Notes under the pieces: model-generated
The model's input: the letters and a program-made list of their open reading frames with translations, nothing else
Told to the model about the DNA's origin: nothing
The model's database searches: none
From: Rhodobacter capsulatus SB 1003
Lineage (GTDB): Bacteria; Pseudomonadota; Alphaproteobacteria; Rhodobacterales; Rhodobacteraceae
Reading direction: 5' to 3'
Assembly: GCF_000021865.1 (NCBI RefSeq)
Contig: NC_014034.1
Coordinates: 1,320,001 to 1,352,000 of the forward strand
Length of the DNA: 32,000 bases
In this document: one piece after another, positions 25,942 through 32,000 of the stretch
How positions within the stretch are numbered: position 1 is the first letter of the stretch
Layout of the letters: every line of letters starts with the position of its first letter
Made by a program: the position numbers and the translations under genes

Positions 25942-26637
25942 GATCTCCGACGGTCATTCGTGACCCTCGCTTGTGCGAACGATGCCGTTCGGAACAGCCC
26001 CCGTGGTAAGGGAGACTCCAGACTGCCACGGGGCGGGGTAGTGCCAGCCACACGTCCTTCAGGAAACCGACGGACGCTAAACCATCGGAACCGGCAGCGG
26101 GGGCTTGCCACCTTCAGGTCCAGACGTTGTAGGCACCCTCGCTATGGGGCGGGGGTGCTTTCACCTGGTGGAAATTGAAGAGGGAGGCGCCTAGCGCCTC
26201 CCTCCCTACTCAACTTAGTGGGCCGGCCCAAAAGAACAGCCGGATTAGCCACCAAATCAGTCTCAGAACCGCCCAAACTAGGTGGTTCTCTTGCTTGCGA
26301 TGCATTTCCCTTCTCCCCAGCCGATGGAAGTCGGTTTGGAAAGAAACGGTGAGGCGGCTGTAGCCTCACAGGAAGATTGGCAGCTCCGCAGTGCTAGCAG
26401 CTATGGTCCGTTACTGGGCGGAGATTTCTTCTTCAGAAAGCAGCCTTACAACTTCGATATTGGAACGGCGAAAGCCGAATTCAAGATGGAAGCGGATTAG
26501 TGGACCAATCTCACCTAGGGCCAGCGTTAACTGCGAGTGACTGACTGATTCACCTAGCATCCGCACTGCTTATCACTTGCTTATGGAATCGGTTCAAGCG
26601 CTTTGCAGCGCGTAAAGAATCATCTCTAATAAGTTGT

Positions 26638-26949
26638 TTATATGCGGGAAATTTGTCTGAGCGAGAGGATTCGAACCTCCGACCCCCTGCGCACGAAGAA
26701 GCGGGCCGGCCGCACCAGACCCGCGCCGCGCAGCATCAGTCCGTGCTCGAAACTGGTCGCGCCGTTGATGTGCAACTCGACCAAGCCGCGCCAGATCGGA
26801 TTGTCGAGATACCGCGAGACCCGTTTGCGCGCGAGCGCGCTGAAGCCCGGTTCCCGCGCGACACGCGCGTCAAACGCCCGCCGCGCAGCGATCTCGGCTT
26901 CGACGAGAAAGGTGACCGGTTCAAGGTCGAGGTCGTCTGTGTCCTGCAT
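26638..26949 (-). CDS. Hypothetical ORF, probably a truncated N-terminal gene fragment whose 3' end reads into a tRNA-like fragment
   Basis: 103-aa ORF divergent from the XRE gene. Its last ~20 codons (..GSEVRILSLRQ..) are a translation of a tRNA T-arm. Confidence 0.3.
   Translation of the reverse strand: MQDTDDLDLEPVTFLVEAEIAARRAFDARVAREPGFSALARKRVSRYLDNPIWRGLVELHINGATSFEHGLMLRGAGLVRPARFFVRRGSEVRILSLRQISRI
26657..26690 (-). other. tRNA 3'-end-like fragment (T-arm plus acceptor strand only)
   Basis: The minus strand reads GGGGGTC-GGAGG-TTCGAAT-CCTCT-CGCTCAG-A. I could not fold a D-arm or anticodon arm from the upstream sequence. It sits at a sharp AT-rich to GC-rich composition break. Confidence 0.55.
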
Positions 26950-26961
26950 TTCCGCCCTCCA

Positions 26962-26980
26962 TTATCTAAATTTTAGATAA
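26962..26980. promoter_or_regulatory. Perfect palindrome TTATCTAAA-T-TTTAGATAA in the divergent promoter region (candidate XRE operator)
   Basis: 9-bp arms with a 1-nt centre, 48 nt upstream of the XRE start codon, in an AT-rich patch. Confidence 0.55.
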
Positions 26981-27027
26981 TCTACTTTCCGCATTACCGC
27001 CAGCCCCAAAATGCAGGGCGGAGCGAG

Positions 27028-27285
27028 ATGCCGAGAACGATCCACACCGAAGGCCAGCGGGCGCTTTGCGAGGCGATCGCCGCCGCCCGCCGGGAGAAAG
27101 GGCTCAACCAGGCCGATCTCGCCCGCGAACTTCATTGCCAGCAATCGCTGATCGCGCGCATCGAATCCGGCGAACGGCGGATTGATGTGCTGGAGTTCAT
27201 CAAGATTTTCCGCGCGCTTGGTGTGTCTCCGGCGGAGGCGCTTCGGCGTGTGGGCGAGCAGATTCCTGCGGATCAAGGCATCTGA
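27028..27285 (+). CDS. XRE-family helix-turn-helix transcriptional regulator
   Basis: 85 aa. REKGLNQADLARELHCQQSLIARIESGERRIDVLEFIKIFRALGVSPAE matches the Cro/C1-type HTH pattern. Confidence 0.85.
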   Translation: MPRTIHTEGQRALCEAIAAARREKGLNQADLARELHCQQSLIARIESGERRIDVLEFIKIFRALGVSPAEALRRVGEQIPADQGI

Positions 27286-27481
27286 AGTCGGCGCTTCCGG
27301 CATTGCAGAACGCCGTTTGCGGCGACGCAGGGCTTTGACGCTGCCCAGATCCATCGGGTCTTGCGCCCGACGGGGGGACGGAGGTCATCCACGACGGCGG
27401 CTGCAACCGGGGCGCATTGCGCTGCGGCGGCTTTCCTGTAACCTGCGGCAAATTCTTGTGTTGCCGTCAGGTGTTCCGCGC

Positions 27482-29284
27482 ATGACCATTGATCTCGGCC
27501 CCATCCAGACCAGAGCCGCTCAGGAGATTGCCGTCGGCGGGCTGCGCGTCTGGTATCATCTGCCCTTTGCCCTCCTTGATGACGGCATCGATCCGGCCCG
27601 GCACGGCTGGGTTGCGGAAAAGCCCAAAGGCACGCTGCAACAGCAGTTCTACTTTCATCCTTTCGTGTCGAATGCGCTTTGGGACCGGGCCGATGGCGGC
27701 GTCTCGGCGTTGTTCGACCTCTATCGCAAACCGGCGTTCGAGTTCCGGCATTTCACCGCCGACTTCGACTCGACCGACTGGAAAGAGATGCAAGATGGCA
27801 AATCGGAGCAACTGCTGTGCCGTCGCACCTTTCGCGGCACGGTGCGCACGGTTGAACTGCGGCGCCTGCGCGAACCGGCCGGGTCCGGGCGGCAGAGCGG
27901 TTTGCACGGCTTTGCCATGCTGGTCGTCAGCGTCGATTTCCTTTGTGCTGCCTATGGCGAATATCCGCGCGACAAGGTAAAGGACCCGGCCCCCTTCGCC
28001 CCGCTGACGCTGGCCGATGCGCAAGATGCGTTGGATCTGTCACGGCGCATCTTTCCGCGCTGGCATTTCTACGGCGAGGATGCACTGCCGGGGGATGCGC
28101 TGACGAGGGTGCCCTGTTTCGGGCCTGCCCCGTCGCGTCCCGAAATGGACGAAGGGGTGCGCAAGGGAAAGACGCAGCTGATGCCCTGGGTGCGCGAACT
28201 TGTTGCCCCCTTCACCCTCTCGGAACCGGATTCGCGCCATTTCGGCGACGAACGCGCCTTCATCACCTCGGCTGTGCTCTTGGGCGATGGCAGCGAACAG
28301 GAGGCCGAGGCCTTCACCCTGATGACCCGGGTCAAGGACAGCGACCTGATGCGCTTGGCCGAGGTGGACCGGCGTGGCACGGGCTACAGCTACAACAAGC
28401 CCTTCCTCGACGCACTCGCACCGGGGTATTTCTACACCCGACAGGCCCCCGATGGCCCCACCGGCACCGGCAATTCCACGCTTTACATCACCGCCTCGCA
28501 CCATTTCTGCGCCCTAGGCGCGGGCGGGTACATGCGCAACGTGATCCTGGGCAACGGCATCCCGGGCCATCACGACATGGGCCATGCCGAGGAATATTAC
28601 CGCCACATGCAGTTTCTGTGCGTGTTCGAATTCTTCCGCCTGCTGCAATTCTCCCAGACCCTGTCGGAACTGGTGCGCAGCCAGCGCGAGCGCGGGGCGA
28701 TCGGCGACAAATCCCGAACGGCGGTGGCGGATTTCGGTCAGCGGCTGATGCGGATCCGCGACGAATTCCTTGACTTCACCCACCTGCACCACTTCTCCAA
28801 CATCTCCTCGCAACTGCAACCGCGCGAGATGTTCGACCGCCTCTATGCCGCCTTCGGCATTCCCGCGATGTTTGCCGAGGTCGAAAAGGAACTCGAGGCG
28901 GCGACGAGTTTCCACGAGATGCACACCAATGCCGAGGCGCGCGAGGATGCGGCGCGGCTCAACAAGCTGGTGTCGGTCGGCGTGCCGTTGTCGCTGTTGG
29001 TCGGCGCGGGGGGGATGAACATCTTCATCGGTGACAAGGCCCCGTTCGGGTTGCACGCGATCGTTCCGGCCCTCCCGGGGCAGACCGATGCGGCGGGGCC
29101 GCCCGATGGCTGGCTGCAACTGCTGCAACTCTCGGTGCTGGTGGCGATCATCGCCGGGATCTGGGCTTTGGCCGAGCGGGTCTATTTCCGCGACAAGCGG
29201 TCCTTCTGGGGCTGGCTGGCCTATGGTGCGGCGGCGGCGGCCTTTGCGGGCAGCGAGGCGCTGCATCTGTGGCCCGCGCCTTGA
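27482..29284 (+). CDS. CorA-family membrane protein with a large N-terminal domain (candidate CRISPR-associated effector)
   Basis: The C-terminus matches CorA architecture: LNKLVSVGVPLSLLVGAGGMNIF (TM1 ending in the GMN signature), a short loop, then TM2 LQLSVLVAIIAGIWALAERVYFRDKR. About 480 aa of soluble N-terminal region. Start placed at the ATG at 27482 (MTIDLGPIQ), because the track's TTG at 27182 overlaps the XRE gene. Confidence 0.7.
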   Translation: MTIDLGPIQTRAAQEIAVGGLRVWYHLPFALLDDGIDPARHGWVAEKPKGTLQQQFYFHPFVSNALWDRADGGVSALFDLYRKPAFEFRHFTADFDSTDWKEMQDGKSEQLLCRRTFRGTVRTVELRRLREPAGSGRQSGLHGFAMLVVSVDFLCAAYGEYPRDKVKDPAPFAPLTLADAQDALDLSRRIFPRWHFYGEDALPGDALTRVPCFGPAPSRPEMDEGVRKGKTQLMPWVRELVAPFTLSEPDSRHFGDERAFITSAVLLGDGSEQEAEAFTLMTRVKDSDLMRLAEVDRRGTGYSYNKPFLDALAPGYFYTRQAPDGPTGTGNSTLYITASHHFCALGAGGYMRNVILGNGIPGHHDMGHAEEYYRHMQFLCVFEFFRLLQFSQTLSELVRSQRERGAIGDKSRTAVADFGQRLMRIRDEFLDFTHLHHFSNISSQLQPREMFDRLYAAFGIPAMFAEVEKELEAATSFHEMHTNAEAREDAARLNKLVSVGVPLSLLVGAGGMNIFIGDKAPFGLHAIVPALPGQTDAAGPPDGWLQLLQLSVLVAIIAGIWALAERVYFRDKRSFWGWLAYGAAAAAFAGSEALHLWPAP

Positions 29285-29551
29285 GGGGCTGCGGCACCCT
29301 GTCTTGCATCCCGGAAACTTCGCGGTGGACAGGGGAAATTTCGCCTGCCAATCTGACCTTGACGGCGGGAAAGCCGGGCCAAAAGGCCGATTCACTGTTG
29401 GAAAACCTGCCATGACCTTGAAAATCAAGGATAAAGGAGGAAAAACACGCGCAAAAACCGGGCTTGCAAGGGCTGTTTCGGGGCGTCGGGCACATCACGG
29501 TTGGAAAGCGGACCAAAAAGCGCTTTCGGGTCTTGGGTTTGCAGAGGGTGA

Positions 29552-29802
29552 GCCCAGATACCTCTCCCGCCAGTAAGCGGATTGAGACGTCGATCCGGTC
29601 TCAAGCTGCGCCTGCGTCACGGCCCAGATACCTCTCCCGCCAGTAAGCGGATTGAGACACGGGGGCGGCGGCGAGGCAGGCGAAGGCGGCGGCGCCCAGA
29701 CACCTCTCCCGCCAATAAGCGGATTGAGACTGCGTCACCTCCGATCAGCGCGAGGATGCGATCAGGCCCAGACACCTCTCCCGCCAGCAAGCGGAGTGCG
29801 TG
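29552..29802 (+). CRISPR. CRISPR array: four 37-nt repeats and three spacers (33, 35, 35 nt), last repeat degenerate
   Basis: R1 = R2 = GCCCAGATACCTCTCCCGCCAGTAAGCGGATTGAGAC (29552, 29622). R3 (29694) has 2 mismatches. R4 (29766) loses the 3' ATTGAGAC. The repeat contains a CCGC-loop-GCGG hairpin followed by the 8-nt tag ATTGAGAC. An A-rich leader lies at about 29290-29551. Confidence 0.9.
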
Positions 29803-29931
29803 GGGTGTCGGTGTATGGGCCCGCCTGCGTGCGGATGTGGCGTGGTGACGCATCCTTGACGGCTGAAACATCAGGGCTTGCCGGGAATCATTCCTGCCCC
29901 TCTCATGTCCCCATTCATGCAGGGGGGCAGG

Positions 29932-31398
29932 ATGTTCCTTTATCTCGAGGGCGTGAATCTTTACGCCACGATTTACGATACCGAAGACCTTTCCACGATC
30001 CGCGGCGGCTCGATGGCGCTGGAAACTCTGGCGCAGCGGGCGCAGGCGGCGCTTGGCGGCACGCTGCGCGGGCAAGGCGCCTCGATAGCGCTGTTGGAGT
30101 TTTCCGGCCCGCCCCCCGAGGAGGACAAGATCCGCGCCTTTCTGAGCGCCACGCCGCAATGCCATTTCACCCTCACCTGGGGCACGGGCGAGACCGAGGC
30201 GCAGGCGATCAAGGCGGCGCGAGACCGGCAGTTTTCGCAGCTTGCCACGGTGGTGCTGCCTGCGATCATGGCGGGGGTGCGCCCCTGTGCGATCGATCAC
30301 ACGCGGCCCGGCACGATCAGCGATTTCGACCTCAAGGAGCAGAAGGAACGTTTCCTTTGTGCCTCGGTCGCGGACCGGCGCAAGATCGGTCGGGTCGGTC
30401 GGCCGCAATTGTTTCGCAAACGCCAGCCGCAACCGCCGCAAAGTTTCGAGGACATCGCGCCCGAGGACGCCCCCGGCCTCAAGCCAAATGTGCGGGGCAA
30501 GATTGCGGTGATCGTCGCCGATGGCATGGGGGGCGGCGATCTTGCAAAGGCCTATGGCACCGACACCGCAGGGTTCAGCACTGCGATGGCGGCGTTTCGG
30601 GCGCGTCTGGCCGAGGCGATCGAAGATTGGGCTAGCGCCGAGGGGCTGATTTACACCGACAAGGCGGGCGTGGCCCATGCAAGGGTCGATGTGCTGATGT
30701 GGGGCGGCGATGACATGACCTTTGTCGTGCCCGCTTCGCATGTGCTGGGGTTTCTGGCGGCGCTGCAGGGGGTGCTGGGCGCGCCCTTCGACAAGGACAA
30801 GGGGACGGCGCGGTTCGGGCACCGCATCGGCTGCGTGATCGCGCAGCGCAAGACGCCGATCCGGCTTTTGAAGAAACTGGCCGGCAGCGCCGAGGCGGCG
30901 TTGCGCGATGCGGTGACGCCCGAGATGCGCAAGGCGGGGGTGTCGGTGGTCTCGCTTGACGTGTTCGAAAGCGCGCCTTTGCCCTTTGCCTCGATCCTCG
31001 ATCATCGCCGCACCGTGTATGGGCAGGGCTATCGCTCGGGCGCGGATGCGGTCTTGCTGTCGCATGTCGCCAAGATGGCGGCGGCGCTGCGGGAGCTGGA
31101 CGACGAGGAAGGGGCGATCCTGAAGATGTCGCAGATTTATCGGCTGCTCGATGTCGCGCGGCTGTCACGGCGGGACCTGTGCAGCAAGGCGGCAGATGAG
31201 GCGATTGCCGAGGCGATGAAGGGGCATTTCGAGCGGGTGAAGGGCACGCCACCCGATATGGCCGCGTGGGAAAATGGCTGGACCGGGCAGGCCTCGCGCG
31301 GGTTGGCGCTGCTTCTGGCGCAGGTGGCGCAACTGCAACCCTATGCGCAACCCTTTACCGACGAACGCGCCCGCGTTCTTTCGGAGGCCGTGCAATGA
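29932..31398 (+). CDS. cas10: Compact Cas10/Cmr2-like protein without an HD domain (GGDD palm motif retained)
   Basis: N-terminal LEGVNLYATIYDTEDLSTIRGGSMAL resembles the Cas10 GIQ.FI....L..lRGrS segment. KIAVIVADGMGGG resembles the (l)l.aDGD.MG motif. VDVLMWGGDDMTFVVPA resembles the Cmr2 GGDD motif. The helical C-terminal third is D4-like. Only about 488 aa. Start could also be 29878, 29905 or 29917. Confidence 0.65.
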   Translation: MFLYLEGVNLYATIYDTEDLSTIRGGSMALETLAQRAQAALGGTLRGQGASIALLEFSGPPPEEDKIRAFLSATPQCHFTLTWGTGETEAQAIKAARDRQFSQLATVVLPAIMAGVRPCAIDHTRPGTISDFDLKEQKERFLCASVADRRKIGRVGRPQLFRKRQPQPPQSFEDIAPEDAPGLKPNVRGKIAVIVADGMGGGDLAKAYGTDTAGFSTAMAAFRARLAEAIEDWASAEGLIYTDKAGVAHARVDVLMWGGDDMTFVVPASHVLGFLAALQGVLGAPFDKDKGTARFGHRIGCVIAQRKTPIRLLKKLAGSAEAALRDAVTPEMRKAGVSVVSLDVFESAPLPFASILDHRRTVYGQGYRSGADAVLLSHVAKMAAALRELDDEEGAILKMSQIYRLLDVARLSRRDLCSKAADEAIAEAMKGHFERVKGTPPDMAAWENGWTGQASRGLALLLAQVAQLQPYAQPFTDERARVLSEAVQ

Positions 31399-32000
31399 CC
31401 GCGCCACTTGTGTTTGATGTCACGCTGTCGCTCAAGGCACCGTTCCTGTTTCCCGGCCAGGATCCCGGTCGGTTCGGCTATGACCGGGTCGCGCTGCGCG
31501 ATCTGGACGGTCGGCCGATCATTCCGCAAGACCAGATCAAGGGGCTGATCCGGCATGGTCTGACGATCATGGGCGAGACCGAGCTGGTCGAGGGGCTGAT
31601 GGGCAAGGGCTCGGCCGATGCGCGCAAGGACAGCGGCGGGGCGTTCGAGCCCGCCAAGGGGCGGATGTTCCTGACCGATCTGCGCTGCACGATCGAGCCC
31701 GATCTGCGCTCGACCGACTACCACCGGGTGCAGATCGACGACGAGAGCGGGGCGGCGAAACAGGGGCATCTGTTGCGGATCGAGCAGGTCTTTGCGCCCG
31801 AACGGGAGGTTGCCTTCAGCGGGCGGATCACCCTCTTTCCGACGGCGAAAGCGCCCGATGCGCAGGCGCTTGCTCTGCTGCTCGCGGCGGCACTGCAGTG
31901 CAAGCGCCATATCGGCGCCATGGCCTCGATCGGTTTTGGCGAGGTCAGCGGCTGCTCGGTGGAGCCGGCCCTGGAAGCCGAAGAGGCCTGCAAGTTGCCG
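31395..32000 (+). CDS. RAMP-superfamily (Cas7/Cmr-like) protein, 3' end beyond the window
   Basis: My own translation is open to the window end. It begins MTAPLVFDVTLSLKAPFLFPG...LRDLDGRPIIPQDQIKGLIRHGL (the classic G.P.IP...iKG.lR RAMP motif) and contains a glycine-rich loop HIGAMASIGFGEVSG about 185 aa in. ATGA overlap with the cas10-like gene. Confidence 0.7.
   Translation, partial: MTAPLVFDVTLSLKAPFLFPGQDPGRFGYDRVALRDLDGRPIIPQDQIKGLIRHGLTIMGETELVEGLMGKGSADARKDSGGAFEPAKGRMFLTDLRCTIEPDLRSTDYHRVQIDDESGAAKQGHLLRIEQVFAPEREVAFSGRITLFPTAKAPDAQALALLLAAALQCKRHIGAMASIGFGEVSGCSVEPALEAEEACKLP

Noticed and set aside
25158-26178. ORFs 25158..25934 and 25201..26178, encoding K/R/E-rich strings, and an HDLRRSFVTLA peptide (about 25935-25975) resembling a tyrosine-recombinase box.
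   Set aside because: The low-complexity translation is a by-product of the polypurine tract. The HDLRR-like match is isolated, with no flanking integrase motifs, and overlaps the start region of the minus-strand 133-aa ORF.
26657-26760. A complete minus-strand tRNA gene at the T-arm-like sequence.
   Set aside because: Only the T-arm and 3' acceptor strand fold. The upstream 60 nt gives no anticodon or D stems, and the implied acceptor 5' strand (CTGAGCG) is absent.
27182-27481. N-terminal 100-aa extension of the CorA-like ORF (track start at TTG 27182).
   Set aside because: It overlaps the XRE gene's 3' end, is Arg-rich and low-complexity, and an ATG at 27482 begins a plausible N-terminus.
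29589-29765. Self-targeting by the three spacers within this window.
   Set aside because: By eye, only 9-10-nt partial matches (for example CGATCAGCGC near 1661 and 2121) are present, which fits chance in a GC-rich sequence. This needs a real search against the whole genome.
29464-29848. ORFs 29464..29646, 29582..29848 and 29652..30635 with repeated peptide PDTSPASKRIET.
   Set aside because: The repeated peptide is simply the CRISPR repeat translated. These are artefacts of the array and of the cas10 shadow frame.

Overview
High-GC, alphaproteobacterium-like chromosomal segment in four blocks. (1) 1-7.3 kb is a conserved housekeeping cluster, mostly on the minus strand: ABC permease 3' end, AEC transporter, MBL hydrolase, TatD/YcfH-like hydrolase, holB, tmk, DD-carboxypeptidase and a SPOR lipoprotein. 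(2) tRNA-Ser(UGA) at 7358-7447 is followed by a ~15.9-kb integrative island. The island is bounded by a 17-bp direct repeat of the tRNA 3' end (7433-7449 and 23314-23330). It carries a tyrosine integrase, a small-ORF operon, a 923-aa primase-polymerase/P-loop protein, an orphan 361-aa protein, a Type III R-M pair (mod/res), a serine recombinase, and a visibly AT-richer cassette encoding a SLATT-like 2TM protein plus a reverse transcriptase. (3) 23.3-26.7 kb looks like a decayed second tandem island. It holds a paralogous integrase killed by a single in-frame TAG, a ~160-nt purine-only tract, orphan ORFs and a tRNA 3'-end-like fragment. (4) 27.0-32.0 kb is a type III-like CRISPR locus: XRE regulator with a palindromic operator, a 600-aa CorA-family (GMN motif) membrane protein, a 4-repeat/3-spacer array, a compact HD-less Cas10-like protein with a GGDD motif, and the start of a RAMP protein that runs off the window. 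The best candidates for an undescribed system are the CorA/mini-Cas10 CRISPR module and the SLATT-RT cassette. All family calls come from motifs read by eye. No database search was possible.
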